A stretch of DNA of 64,000 nucleotides from Sphaerodactylus townsendi (taxonomy: Eukaryota), in NCBI RefSeq assembly GCF_021028975.2, contig NC_059429.1:24428001-24492000 (forward strand), read 5' to 3'. The notes under the pieces were generated by a model. That model had not been told where the DNA came from, did no database searches, and saw only the letters and a program-made list of their open reading frames with translations. This document shows, in pieces, positions 46,817 to 61,069 of the stretch (position 1 is the first letter of the stretch; every line of letters begins with the position of its first letter). Both the position numbers and the translations under genes were made by a program.

Positions 46817-48525
46817 CTACCTCTGGACAACATCACTGATTTCTTGGACACAAGACAATAAGTTATTAAGTACAGGGTTCGCGCCGGGCATGCTAGCAGC
46901 CGCCGAGGACACCTGCAGCTCCTGCAGGCTGAGTTCCAGTTTGCTCACAGCTTCCCGGAAGGCAAACTTGTTGCGCGTTTGGGGGATGCAGTCCACATAG
47001 CCTGAGCAGTAATCGAGCAGCTGGTGCCCTGTGTCTACCAACTGGCTGTTTGTAGAGGGCTCAGCGATGGCACTTGAAAGAAGGTCTGCGCACTCCAGCA
47101 GAGCCTCTTTGCTGATTTTGTCCGCTGAAATCCTCTCGGCTGCCTGTTTCGTCTTTCTCAGAGCTACTTTGGCCCCCGCTGTGCCGTTTGCCATTTTGGC
47201 AGGTGAGGCGGAAGACGACGAGGGAGGCACTTGAGGCGGAGGCATCACAGGCCTGCCAGATTTTCCACCGGTGGGTGCCGTCGCTGCCCTTTTGTTGCCC
47301 TCACTTGATTCTTGCCCGTGCTGCTGCGCCGGCGCTCCGTTATTCAGCTCATCTGTTGCCTCTGAGCAAGCTGGAGGCTGCTGCAGAAGCCTCATCACGG
47401 GGGGCGGGGGTGGAGCACACTTTGGTTTGATCCGCCTGGGCCTGTCGTTGGAAGCTGCGACCTGATGCTCAGATAAGAGCTTGAACCGGTTCCCCTGAGA
47501 GTCCGTGCCAATGAGCTGCACGTCTGCTGGAGTATGCTTCAGAGTGGGCGAGATCAGGACTGGCACTTTGTGATTATGAGTGGTTGGAAGTATTGCTGAG
47601 CCCTTGGTTGGAGAAGACCATCCCGATTTCTCCTCGCTTTCTGCCAGCCCTTGCCACGTACTGCTGTTCTTCTCTTTACTCTTCAGGCTCGCGGTGGCTG
47701 TCGGCCCTGGACAGTCCTTTTCAGAAACAGGGGAGTCCACAGAAGGGGTCTTGGGGGGAACAGCTGTAGCACCTCTTGGTAGAAGTTTGGCTTTTGGTCT
47801 GTCTCTGGTCACAAGGGGGATTTCTTCACACCTTTTGGGAAGCAGGTCATTGGATTTGCTTGTGCTCTCCTCGGGTTGAGAGGAGGTGGAGACTGTCCTT
47901 TCTAGTTGGACTTTTGACCTATGGCAATTCCTGGGGAGGGTCATTGCCATCCTTTCCTGCTCGGGAAGACCTGAGGACATGGAAGATGTTGAGTTGGACC
48001 GGGGGAAAGGCTTTGAAATGTCTTCATTGCCAGCAGACCTCCCAGTTCGTAAGCCCAGTGTCTTTTTAATCAGGCGTGGGGTAAAGAAGCCCGTTATGCC
48101 TGACCAGCCGCTACTGGCATTTGTGCCTCCGCCACCACTAGAGCCGCTGCCACCACCATCGTCCCCATAGAAGTTCCTCTGTGTGAAGCCTCCACCATAG
48201 CACTTGGAAGAGGAAAGGTTTCCATCCTGCTGTGAGGGGGTAAAAGAAAAACCATCGATGTGCTGCAAAGGACCGACCGATGAAAAGTTACCCGTCAACT
48301 CATACTTCTTGTGAGGCTGATTTTCCATCTCGCGGAAAGAACTGCTACGTTTTGGAGGGGTGGGAGCATTTTTCTTCTTCATGAAAGAGCTAAAGAAGCC
48401 ACCTTTCCGGTCCCTAGTGAAGGTTGTCTCTCTGGTGTCTTCTAAGAGGCTGCTGGGTGACTTGTCTCTCTGCTTGCGAGGTAGTGCTGGCGATCCGCTG
48501 GTCTGCTGTGTGCTTCTGATAAAAC
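46817..48525 (-). CDS. ABL2: ABL2 last coding exon (PxxP motifs, cytoskeleton-binding region, C-terminal F-actin-binding domain)
   Basis: GFIRSTQQTSGSPALPRKQRDKSP...APTPPKRSSSFREMENQPHKKYELTG...FAFREAVSKLE...VQEISDVVQR*; sequence is ABL2-like rather than ABL1-like; TOR3A-ABL2 adjacency matches mammals. Confidence 0.97.
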
Positions 48526-50374
48526 CTAGAGAGAGAGAAAATGTAAATAACTTCAGTGAGCCAGCATTAGCCTTGCTAAATATCCTCAAAACTGCAACTC
48601 TACAAAGCTACTGACTAATCTGGATGATGCTAGTTTATTCCAGCAAAATACTCAGCAAGATGACTGGCAAGCATATGAGTACTCACAGGGAGCCTTCTTG
48701 AAGTTTCTGCGATAGCAGTGAACAGCAAAATGAAGTGTCATCCTGATTAGACCAATTAGACCATCTAGTCTAAGTGCCTGTTTCCATCAATAGCCTGCTA
48801 GACACTTCCAGGAAACATGACAAAAAGTCCATGTTCTTTGTCCTCAAACAATGGATAATCAGATATGCTGCCCCTCAATATGGAGGTTTCGGTTAGCACA
48901 CAGCCACTGATACCCTGTTTCCCCGAATATAAGACATCCCCTAAAAGTAAGACATAGTAGAGGTTTTGCTGAAGTGCAAAATATAAGGCATCCCCTGAAA
49001 GTAAGACATAGCAAAGTTTTTGTTTGGAAGTATGCCCGACAAACAGAACACAGAAAAATAAGACATCCCCTGAAAATAAGACACAGCGCATCTTTGGGAG
49101 CAAAAATTAATATAAGACACTGTCTTATATTCGGGGAAACACGGTAGGTCTATCATTCATGGAGCTGTCTAATCCCCTTTTGAAAACTGCTTAATCTAAT
49201 GGCCTTCACAACTATCTGTGGCAGCTATAAGGTACTTACATGTAGTATGAGGTAATCCTTTCTTGTTTGTCCTGAATCTACTGACTCAATTTTACTGTGG
49301 AACCCAAAATCCTCATGTTATTGGGGGAGGGGGAAATCTTATCCAGTTTCCATACATCATTTGTAATATTAGGCATGGCTCCCATCCACAACACACCCAC
49401 CTCTATGAAACAGAGTTTCCCATGGTGATGTAATGGGGACAGCACTGCAGCAGGGTGTAAATCTGCTCTGGTAGCCCCAACCTTTGGAGAGCAAAGACAA
49501 ACCTTGCCTCCTTCAAGTGAATTCAGAAGTGAATTCAGATCTATTAATCTTGTCCCATAAAACTCAATGAAATCCACTGAAAGCGGAGTGAAATGTCTTT
49601 CTTGTTTAGCAGTCCAACCCTGGATTCAGTTTAAACCTTATTCAGGACTTGCAAAAAGAATGCTGAAAAATGAACAGGAAGGAGCAACTTTTTTTTAAAA
49701 AAAGGCATTACGTTAACCTGATTTCTATAATGCAGGTTTACCAAGAGTTTCTCCATGTATTACATGGATCTTTTGTGCAGGAACAAACCATTCTATTTTG
49801 TCTGGATTAATTCCATATGAGTTTGTCATCAAATTTAAGGTAATACATTTTTGGACGACTGATCATAGATTGGCCAACTCCTCTCTTTGTTCTTCTCAAT
49901 GTGAGTGAAGAGAAGGAAAAGGTGGCTATAAAACTGCTGCAAACTGCAAAAGAAGACACTCGAACTGCAAAAGAAGACACTCAGCTGCGGCTCTCAGGCC
50001 CCTTCCGCACATGCAGAATAATGCACTTTCAATGCACTTTGAAGCTGGATTTTACTGTGCGGAATAGCAAAATCCACTTTTAAACAATTGTGAAAGTGGA
50101 CTGAATGTACATTATTTTGCATGTGCGGAAGGGGCCTTAGTGACCTTCTGGCCTAGTTCATAAGATCTCACAACTGGTCTGCCACCCACTGCCTCCTCCT
50201 CCCAGAAAGGCAGCAAGAACTAGCCATCATAGGAAAAGAGATGCTTGTAACCCAGGCCCAGCCCTTTCACTGAAACACTATGTTCCAGTGTCCAGAAACT
50301 GGACCATTCACTGAAGTTGAGCTGGAGAAACTAATTCACAAAGTGGCTGCTTCAGAGTAGCTTATATAGCATAC

Positions 50375-50548
50375 CTGGTGCAGAACTGGAGGCAGAATGC
50401 TCTACGGCCTCTTGAGTTCCTTCAATATTCTCTTTGTTTTCTGCTTGTTTCTTCAAAGTCCTGGTCTTGGAAGGAAGCATGGGTAACCGAGGCAGATATG
50501 GCACAATGGATGAGGAGGATGCTGTCCGCCCAAGTTCTTCTGCTACTT
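50375..50548 (-). CDS. ABL2: ABL2 penultimate exon
   Basis: Translated by hand: EVAEELGRTASSSSIVPYLPRLPMLPSKTRTLKKQAENKENIEGTQEAVEHSASSSAP. Confidence 0.94.
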
Positions 50549-50619
50549 CTGTAAGATACCATCAGGGATACAGTTGGAAAAGCAACAGGGAAAGAGGCAA
50601 GAACATCAAGGTGCTAACC

Positions 50620-50717
50620 ACTTCTCTCTGTGATACTCCTCTGAAGATGCAGGTGAACTGTTAGGAACAAGATCTACCAGACCATGGCCACACAGCTCGG
50701 AAAATCCACAACAGCCT
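50620..50717 (+). mobile_element. Internally deleted Penelope-derived repeat in an ABL2 intron
   Basis: acttctctctgtgatactcctctgaagatgc...; reverse complement of part of 6503-6607. Confidence 0.7.
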
Positions 50718-51837
50718 GTCAGGCCTGTATTTAGTGATGAGCAGACCTTGTGCAATTTAGTCTGACTCTGTGCAAAAGACAGGCTGGTGTAGGTGGAATA
50801 TCCATATTTTAACCTCACCCAAATTGGTGTGCCAGAGTGTCAAAAATCTTTGTTTTCCTACTGAGGGAATACATACAGCCTCCTAAGATTTTACAGATGT
50901 AGGTTCATTTTGCACTATAAACCTTTCCCTCAGTTTCCAGGTGTTCTCCAGGTAGCGAGTGTGTAGGGTTTGGATTCATTGCTGTGAAGTAAGTTTTATG
51001 ATCCACAAGGAGATTATTGAGATCACTGAGGTTGGATTAATATATAAACAACTAAGAAGGTTTGTTTATTTACAGTTTGGTTTTAAAGGTACAAACCAGG
51101 AGGACAAGTCTCCAGCCAAAGAAGAAACCCGGCTGAAGCACAACAATTTAAACTGGTTATGACTTCAGAGAGTAGTTAGAATTTTCTTTAATGCTTTCAG
51201 GTGCAAGCAGACTTTTACTGACTAGCTACTAGGTTGGACCCTGTCTCACTCACGGGATTCTCAGTGAAGAACCCCTTCAGCAACTTTCAGGAGCTTTGTG
51301 GAACACAGTGCAAAATCACTGCACTATGATCAAAGTGAGCAAAGTGAATTTGCTTATCTTGTAGTAAAGCTGCTCGCTGTACACATTTTATTCTGAGTAC
51401 TATTTGAATTTCTGCAGTTCGTGGATTTTAGGCAACTTGAAATATGGTACCAAGAGCAAGAAATAGTCAGGAACCAGTATTTGACAATAGGCTACAGAGG
51501 AAGATAAACTATGCTGCGACACAGATGTTCTCTCAAACTGAAGCTTTTGGTCATCATGAGGGCCAGAGATAAGCAGTTTTTAGAAAGTTCACACAAAAAG
51601 CATTTTACATGGAATGAGACGCCCAATTACGGCAAATTGGCAAACTGGGAAACCCAACTTCTCAAGAACAGCAAATACAAAAAAAAGCTTAGAAGCCCTG
51701 ATCTCCAGTAGAAATCCGATAGTCAATTTGGAGAAATAAATCTAAAATATTTTAATAAGCTAGAAAGACTACACCATCTGTAGAACTAAATTTTTTTAAT
51801 GCTTCGTAGATTGTAAGGTCACAAAAAGGGTTCTCAC

Positions 51838-51927
51838 CTTCAGAGATGCTAGAATCATGGAACATGGTTTCAAAGGCCTGATGAGTCTCAGCAAATGAAG
51901 GCCTGTCTAAGGGACTCCACTTCCAGC
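51838..51927 (-). CDS. ABL2: ABL2 exon (end of kinase domain)
   Basis: Translated by hand: [30 protein letters not shown]; 90 nt; AG/GT boundaries. Confidence 0.95.
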
Positions 51928-53097
51928 CTACAGAATTAGAGAAGCCAAGAAGAGATTTTTATTACATATCATTGGAAGGAAGAATTCATTAGTTGCCAGA
52001 AATATACAGCATCAGTACTGCCACACACTTTTTACTGACAAGTTTTAAGATGTCTATTATTCTTTGTCTCTGTCTATTATTCTTTGTATTCTAAATACAT
52101 ACCTTAGAACAGTAAAATGAGCATTTGAGAACTGCCAGACTGAACCCAGCTAAGGGTCCATTTAGAGTCCAGCATTCTGTTTCCTGAAGACAAAAAGCCA
52201 GAGGTACTTCTGGGAAGCCCAACAGCAGGGAATTTAGCCAAGGGTCCCTAGTATTTCTGCCCTAGTATTTGACATTCTGAAGCAAACTGGTCCTGTGTAT
52301 GGAAGTTTCACTTAGCCATCACAGTTAAAGGCTGTTGCCAGACCTACCCTTCATAAATGTGTTCTCTTTAAAGCTTCCTTGCAACAGAAATTAACAATTT
52401 CTACTGAGTACAAATACTTTAAAAGAAGAACAAAGACACATGCCCTCGCTTAGCTGAGCAGTCTTTCATCTTTTTTCAAATGTAGGCTGCTCCTGTAACA
52501 TTTACGCTGTTCCTGTAACACAGCTGCACCAAAAATATTCACAAAACCCTAAAAAGGAAGTCACTGATGCCTTTGAATTCAGAACCATAGCCAGCGTTTG
52601 GGGGTTCTAGAAATCAGCTACATTTTCACAGATGGACATTTATTAAGGTTGTTGGTTCTTCAGGTGGATAATTTCACAATGAAGTGGGATGGGGTATGGT
52701 TGAAAAAACGAGGATGGGGATTATAGGAAAAGAAAAAGATTATATAGAAATCATGGACTGATAAAGATGCAGACAGACACCAGTGCCATTGCAAACAGAT
52801 AGGTGCTTATCAGGTATGGGGAAACTATATCGACATGTCTTAATATTCTCAGCAGATATTCAATTTTCAAGATAGTTAAAAAGGGGAGCTAAAATATTTA
52901 AATTCGGTAAAGATGCTTGGTTAGGCAATATGAAGACTTCTTTGTTCCACTGAATGGTGTTTGTACCGACATTCTTCCAAGTCTATTATGAAGATGTCAG
53001 TTTATATTTCCACAATATATGGTAAAAAAAATATGTATCATCCTCTTTGGCCCTACCAACGTTTACAACGTACTATACAAGTACCGTTTAGCCATCA

Positions 53098-53286
<189 letters not shown>

Positions 53287-53982
53287 TTAAGAACAAGATT
53301 TTTTTTGTCCTTCATTTTTGCACATCTATACTCCTTAAACTGTGGTTCAAGGAAGATTATTCTTGGTGAAAAATATTTCACTTCTGGTAAAAAAAAACTG
53401 GGGAGGAAAAAAATTGCTAAGAAATGTGTGTATGTTGGGGGTGGGGGTAATTTTTTTTTGATGTAGCAATCGAGCTTAATTGGAATGTTCTTAAGCTTCG
53501 CTACTGTACAAAGGACAACGAAAGGTGCAAAAGACCAGGCCAAACGGTAGCAGCCATTCAGTGCCCTGCATCCAACTTCCATTAAGAAAATTTACCAGCT
53601 TTCAGAAAGCCCATGGCTAACCAAATTTTCAATCAAGGTGTGAAAGAAAGTATGCCTACTTGTAATAAAAAGCAAACTTTCTGAAAGTTGAAAAAATAAT
53701 TTATTCTTCGTCTCTTCGTATTTTAATACTAATTTGCTCTCTGGATCTTGTACATAATACCCTAGCTGAGTCTGAATGAATGTACCAACTGAACATGATG
53801 GCATCGACTATACTGTGCAACCTGACAAAACAGTTGGTCAAAATGTCAAACAATAAGCACCAGGCACACAAACCACTGTTTTAAGACTAGAGCTATTCCT
53901 GAGAACACAAATGTTGCACCCCCACTGGCCGCCTTACAGATGAAATTATGCACAGGGCCATGATGCACAAGGAAACTCTTAC

Positions 53983-54167
53983 CCCAAACATCTGATTTGA
54001 TAGAGAACGTGTTGTAGGCTAGACTTTCAGGTGCTGTCCATTTGATAGGAAACTTTGCCCCAGCGTGAGCCGTATATGTGTCTCCAGTCATCAGTCTGCT
54101 TAAGCCGAAGTCAGCCACCTTCACCACATGATTCTCTCCAACTAGACAATTGCGAGCCGCTAGATCC
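53983..54167 (-). CDS. ABL2: ABL2 kinase exon (catalytic loop, DFG, activation loop)
   Basis: [62 protein letters not shown]. Confidence 0.98.
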
Positions 54168-55824
54168 CTATGCAGAGAATGACAGTGTCTCTCTCTCATT
54201 TAAAAGGACAGAACCTTTTGACAGTCTTACATGGGCTATGACTCGGTGAGACAAGAAGTTTTGTTTGCTTGTTCTTCTGCTGTGGCTGTACATGTATATT
54301 AAAAAAGGAGTACTAAATATCTGAGGTCTGAAAATGATAACAAGAGCATCAAAAATGCCAAAAACAGACACACTCATTCTCTCTATATATAGATCAACCT
54401 TTGGATAAGGGCCACAGTGACTGTCTTTTGAAGTTACATCATGCTGCATATTATGAATTTGCTCTTGATTTTCTGGCCTCTGAATCAACCAGTGTAAGGT
54501 CATTCATGACTGAAACAAGAACTTGGCCGGCATCCTGTTCATCGTTGTGTGCTCTTTTCCAGCTTGTAAACTGTTTATACATAAGAAAGAGCCTGTTGGG
54601 CCAGACCCAGAGTCCATTTAGTCCAACACTCTGCTACTCGCAGTGGCCCACCAGATGCCTTTGGGAGCTCACATGCAGGATGTGAAAGCAATGGCCTTCT
54701 GCTGCTGCTGCTGCTCCTGAGCACCTTTGCAATCTCAGATCAAGGAGGATCAAGATTGGTAGCCAAAGATCAACTTCTCCTCCATAAACAGGTCCAAGCC
54801 CCTTTTAAAGCTATCCATCACCACCACCTGTGGCAGCATATTCTGAACACCAATCACACGTTGTGTGAAGAAATGTTTCCTTTTATTAGTCCTAATTCTT
54901 CCCCCCAGCATTAGAATTGTTACACTGAAGTTATATATAAAAGTCCTTTGATGTTGCTTCTATTTGTTGCCGTTTTTACTTTGGAAAGAATGTGATATAA
55001 TTTTGTAGATTTGTAATTATAACAATAATTTATATTTTATTACATTTCTCAAATTTTGAATAATACAGATAGACTTTTTGGAATTTTTGATGCTCTTGTG
55101 ATAATTTTTTAGACTTCTAGTACTTAGTATGCCTAGTTCTTGCCATTCAGAGGTTGCATCCTTTTTGTATATATGTATTACACATGTTTACAGTGACATA
55201 CAATGGTTGATCAGTGTTTCAGTGCTTAGGTGATACAGCTTCACAACAGGAATGTTTCTTTCCTTGCTCATGTAATTTCATAGCCCTTCGTGATGTATTC
55301 CCATATGTTTTACAGCTCTGTCCAAACTTCTCAAGGGGGAAAAACTAAGCGAATGCACAATCAGCAAACTGGCATGAATGTTGTCAATTGGAAAAATTTG
55401 AGTACTAAATCCGGGGTGGTGTTTTCTATTTGGCCGGAAAGTGATACATAAAAGTGGAAAGATTAGGGTTTGATAATCAACAACATTTTGGCAGATTACA
55501 GGGGCCACTGAAAAGTTGTGTGAGATAACAAATTACTGTCTTGTCATTAATGGAAGTGCTACCTTTCTAAGACCTCAAATACGATTTCAAATTTCTGAAA
55601 AGCAAAGAAGAATAAACTTGATTCCCATCTCCTCTTCAAAAGGAAAGTACAAGTCCAGATTGCCAAAACCCACAAAACACATGCACAGCATTGTCTGCAG
55701 AGAACAGCTGGTACAAAGCTCTTGAGCTAAGAACTGCTGGTAATAATGCTGGTGAGAAACCCATTAGCAAATCCCATAAGTATCCTTCCTTGACCTTGTC
55801 CTTCTACAGAAGTCACTAGCTAAC

Positions 55825-56002
55825 CTGTGGATGAAGTTCTTCTTCTCCAGATACTCCATAGCAGAGGATATTTGAGTGGCCATGTACAGCAGGACAACAG
55901 CAGTCACCTCCTCCCGATTGCACTCCCGCAGGTAGTCCAACAGATTCCCATATGGCATGTATTCTGTCACAATGTAAAAGGGGGGTTCCAGAGTACACAC
56001 AC
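55825..56002 (-). CDS. ABL2: ABL2 kinase exon (hinge, gatekeeper Thr)
   Basis: [28 protein letters not shown]...YLEKKNFIH. Confidence 0.97.
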
Positions 56003-56692
56003 CTGGTAGGAGGAAGGAGAGTTGGCAACGTTTAAATCTTACTTTAGATACAGTCTTCTAGTGAGATTATGGATGAGATTCTCAACTGTGGTCTCAGGAG
56101 CATCTTTACTACAAGCTAAATATGTTCAAGCTTCTAAGATAAGGGGCTTTCTATATATGACCATGTGTGATGGGGTTCACACACAGGCACCATTCATGCA
56201 GTGATGCCCATCTGCATAAGGTGCACAATAGAATTGGGAAAGAATGCTGTTCATGGCTTTCAATAACCAAGCAATGGCATCTTCTATCAGAACTCTGCTG
56301 TTTCCTCCCAGTCCTCCTCCCCAGTGGGAAAAGCAAGGTCAGGGCTGGAACAAAAGTATCTATGGCTGATTATGCACAAGGCATCTGCTGCATGATGAGG
56401 GCAAATGTGCAATGCCGCAACATTTCTTTTTTGGACATATTTCCTCAAGCCTTGCTTTCATTTCCTGTTCTCCCCGCAGCAAACAACACCACTTCTAGCA
56501 CGATTCACAGACAGAGTGGGCAGATATGCCAGTGGGCACAGCTTTGACCTGGACCTCTTCCCTTTGCCCACAGCTAGTCCGCCTAGCCTAATTCCCCCAT
56601 TCCCTCCCACTGCTTTGTACGCTTCCCCCTCTCCCTCTTCCCTGTTGCCGACTCCTTTCTGCTTTTCTAAATGCTTGCATCAATACATATAG

Positions 56693-57008
56693 TAGAAGAA
56701 GAAGAAGAGGAAGAAGAAGAGTTTGGATTTATATCCCCCCTTTCTCTCCTGCAGGAGACTCAAAGGGGTCTACAATCGCCTTGCCCTTCCCCCCTCACAA
56801 CAAACACCCTGTGAGGTAGGTGGAGCTGAGAGAGCTCAGAAGAACTGTGACTAGCCCAAGGTCACCCAGATGGCGTGAGTGGGACTGCACAGGCTAATCT
56901 GAATTCCCCAGATAAGCCTCCACAACTCAAGCGGCGGAGCTGGGAATCAAACCCGGTTCCTCCAGATTAGATACACGAGCTCTTAACCTCCTACGCCACT
57001 GCTGCTCC
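56693..57008 (-). mobile_element. tRNA-derived SINE (MIR/Squam3-like), representative full copy; others near 7576-7770+11316-11400, 13411-14330 (interrupted), 22165-22421, 23045-23322, 25597-25870, 28846-28960, 36012-36210, 37108-37367, 38255-38541, 40280-40500, 62037-62333
   Basis: Pol III A box (tggcgtag.gg) and B box (ggtttgattcc); tail ...ggatataaatccaaactcttcttc; many similar copies in the window. Confidence 0.85.
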
Positions 57009-57885
57009 CATAACAGAGTGTTGGCTTCTGCAAAGGAACAGCACAAGCAGGGTCTCTTTCTGACTCCACCCTATCTCCCCCGCTCTGCTTCTGCCCTCCT
57101 GATGATAGAGAGGCCATTTTTAAAACTTTCTTTCAGACAAGCTTTTATTTTAAAAACAAGCCTCTCTTGCAGTAGCAGCAGCAAGAGAGAGAAAAAGAAA
57201 GGAAAGAGAATATCAGTGAAATTTGTGCCTTTAAGCTTGCTGTTGGGGGGAATTAAGAGAAGTAGCAAAAGCAGCTGTGGGGTGAGCACTGGGCTGCCTC
57301 CTCACATGTAAACAGAGAAATGCAAGGAGAGCCCTCTGCAAGCCCACTGGCCAGAGAAGAGTCCCGAGGTAAACGTTCTCTGCGTAATTGGCCACAGTTT
57401 GAATTATTCTTTGGGAGGGCTTATGTAACTCTGAATATCATTTCTGTAAGTTATATTCTCATTTGCTAGAACCTCAAGTCAGGTTCAGAAATAAGCACTT
57501 GATTTTCAAGTGCATTATTTGAAATGATCACAGCAACACCTAATTCCAGCATCATCAGAAGGCAACCCCTTTCCAATCTGTTCTCCTTTCTCACTATGGC
57601 TTCCGTGGGCAGGAATGTTTGTCAACACTGGTTACTTTGACATATTGGCTGGCTTTAAAACTTAAACAAAATTTCTTTTCATCCACCTACTATGACAGAC
57701 TTGTCCATCCAATCCATTAAAACGTGCTGTTAGTGAACAACTACCAGAACTACTACCAAATAGTCAACCCTATCAAGCAGTCTATATTTCTCACTGAGAT
57801 TCAAGGTGGGTTACAATTTTTTAAAAATTCAGACAGCAAAGATTCCCAGTAAGTATTTCAGTAGGATCAGGAGCACAGATCTATA

Positions 57886-58188
57886 CCCTGTTCCACAGGA
57901 GGGTGACAGTTCAGTCAGCTGAAATGAAGTGGTTGAGAAAGTTGTATGTTTCTGCACAGAATATAGCCCCGAATGTATATGAGAATTATCTTTCATTTAT
58001 ACACGCTGCTTATGAACATGATACAAGAGCATTTATGCCAAACTGTTTTTTTACTTTCAAACAAATGAGGGGAGCAGGGCTAGGCAGGCATTAGGACCCA
58101 GGTGGAGCATTCTACAACAAAGTCCATCTTGCTTTGTTTTGTGGAAGAAGTATACACAACCCTTCTATCATCTTTCTGTGGAACAGAG
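57886..58188. mobile_element. TA-flanked MITE with TIR ccctgttccacag
   Basis: ctataccctgttccacag...ctgtggaacagagtatag inverted termini. Confidence 0.7.
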
Positions 58189-60250
58189 TATAGAAAATAA
58201 TGCAAACAAGTGGCTGTCTGAGGAGGGAAGGTGTTTATAAAGTACACTGCAGTTCAAGGTAGTGATGCCTCTTTGAGCCTCTGTCATATTAGAACTCTAA
58301 CCCCTTTTTGCCCTCCTGAACATTTCTGTTTTGCACATTCCGTGAAATGATAGACGTTCCTGAATACATTTGACTCAACAGCTCTTATTTATCCACAGAG
58401 TCAAATGGAAGTAACTGAAGACCAACTATTATACTTTGAATTGATATACAGGGTTGAAGATGTTTCATATGCAGATGTTCTTAGTAATCCTTACAACAAC
58501 CCTGTAAGAGAATAGCAACTTGGCTGACACCTATAAAGTTCAGGGTAGAAGCCAATTCTGAACCACTGGCTCCCTTCACTCTTCAGGCCCCTTAGCCCTG
58601 ACACTAGGCTCTCACATTCATCATTAGAAAGAAAACTGAACTTGAAGCAAGACGAGATAACCCAAAGATTTCTCTTCGCTCTTCTTCACAGCGTCATCTG
58701 ATGTCCCACCATGCAAAGAGCTGCATATCACTGCAGGATTATTTTAAAATAAAACTACTGTGCATGGTTGACTTTTGGCTGGGGAGAGGTTAGTTCTTGG
58801 CTGTCTTAGATCATGTACAAAAAATGCAACTTTGCCCCATCTCTCTCTATAAAATGGTGATTGTGACCTCTCCCTCCACCCGCAATAAGATGTGGTTTGA
58901 TGGCACAGTGTACTTAAAAGCGTTTTGCAAATTTATCATAACAGTGTAAATGTTTTTAAAATTACAGCTCCAGAACAGATCATGATGTCGAATGAAAGCA
59001 AAATATCTTCACCTAAAAGGGGAATGCAACATACACGTCACAAATGTCTGTTTCATAAAGGGTGCGGTATGATTGAGGTCACTGAAGTTCCTTGCATTCC
59101 CCGCATTTTTCCACTTTTGCCCTACTATGAACTGGCAGTGCTAATCGGAAGCCCAGCAAAATATGTTAGAGTATGCTAGCAAAGCGCTCCGAACACTGGG
59201 AGCATTCAAAGGACATGGCAGCAGCCACCATACTAGGCATGCCAACATTTGGGGTGGGGTGTGGTATGAGGTGATGTGTGAAAAAAGCAGCAAACTGCCA
59301 AGCATGTTCCACTTGTGCCTAGCTTCAATAAGGGATTTTGTCTCCTCTGGAATACTCTACTTCAGTTATTAACAACTTTCACCTATGTGTCCCACCCTGT
59401 ATTTTTAGAATTATATACCAATAAAGGGCTCATATTTTTAAGAATGTATTCATCAGACTGGAATCAAATCCCATTCAGCAATGATGTTCACTTGGGGATT
59501 TCAGGCCAGCCAATCTCTCTCAGTCAAATCTATTTCACAGAGATGTTGGAAGGATAAAACTAGAAAGGGAATGCTCATAAGAGGCAGATGAGAGATTCTT
59601 GGGGAGGTTCTTGTTATGCTTCACGAACACACAGAATTCTTCCACAAAACTTCCACAAAACCAAGCACATGCTCATCGGAAGCCGAAAGACTGGGCCAGA
59701 TACTGAGTCCTCAAAACTACCAAGGAAAGCAAGAACGACCGTGTTTCCCCGAAAATAAGACAGGGTCTTATATTAATTTTTGCACCAAAAGATGCATTAG
59801 GGCTTATTTTTGGGGAAATACGGTACCTTCACAATTCATTAAGGCGGCCTCTCAGCAATCCGTTGCTTCTCCATCACGTGTGACACAAGCTGCATCCTCA
59901 TTGGCAGGGAGCACAGGGAACTGTCCGTGATTTGTGATCTGTAACTACTGGGAGGGCTTATTTTTGGAGGAGGGCTTATATTTTAAGCACCTTCCAAAAA
60001 TCCTGAAAAATCATGATAGGGTTTATTTTCGGTGTAGGGCTTATTTTCAGGGAAACCCGGTATGTTGCTGCTATGGAAGATGAAGGAGAACTGAAAGGGA
60101 AGATGTGTACTACAAAGTTTCTGCGCCTAGTTGCTATCTCTAGAAGTTTGCAAAGCAGTGTTCTGCACAGGTACAAAGCCATTAGGAGGATGCAAAAAAG
60201 ACTACACTGAAGAAAGTGACACTTTACATATACTCCACTTGCTTTACTAC

Positions 60251-60487
60251 CATAAGCATAAGCATTTTTATTGTCATTGTGCACGCACAACGAAATTTAC
60301 AGCAGCATTCCTCAATGCACACAATTTCAGACTCATACCCCATCCTCACTTTCCCCTTCCTCCACCCATCCCTACACAGCCCCAAACACATCAACACGAA
60401 GCTGCGGAGTTTAGCATAGCCACAGCTCTAGAGTAGAAGCTGTCTCTAAGCCTCTTTGTTCTAGTTTTGATAGACCTGTATCGTCTG
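60251..60487 (-). mobile_element. 5'-truncated copy of the same Rex1-type LINE, in an ABL2 intron
   Basis: Close match to 7782-8006, including the (ATGCTT)n tail. Confidence 0.9.
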
Positions 60488-60772
60488 CTTATGCTGAAAG
60501 GTGTGGGATACATTGGACATCTATCTCTTTGCCCACAATCCACTTTTCTGAAACAAATCTTGAAACCTAAAAATTTATAATAAAAAGAATGCAATAATAA
60601 TGCAATAATAATTTTTAGGTTATTCAGAGGAAGAGGAAGAGACTGCGGCAGACTTAAAGGAAGGGCAGAAATGCCCAGTGGGTAGGGCAAGCAAGCATAA
60701 TCCCAATGTGAGCAGGCCCTACTACACAGAAATTTGCCAAGTATGGCCCAATGGAAGTGAAGTTTGGCATCA

Positions 60773-61069
<297 letters not shown>

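Noticed and set aside
46808-46819. ABL2 stop context TAG-CTA, resembling a readthrough motif
   Set aside because: The canonical motif is UGA-CUAG, and another in-frame TAG follows after two codons
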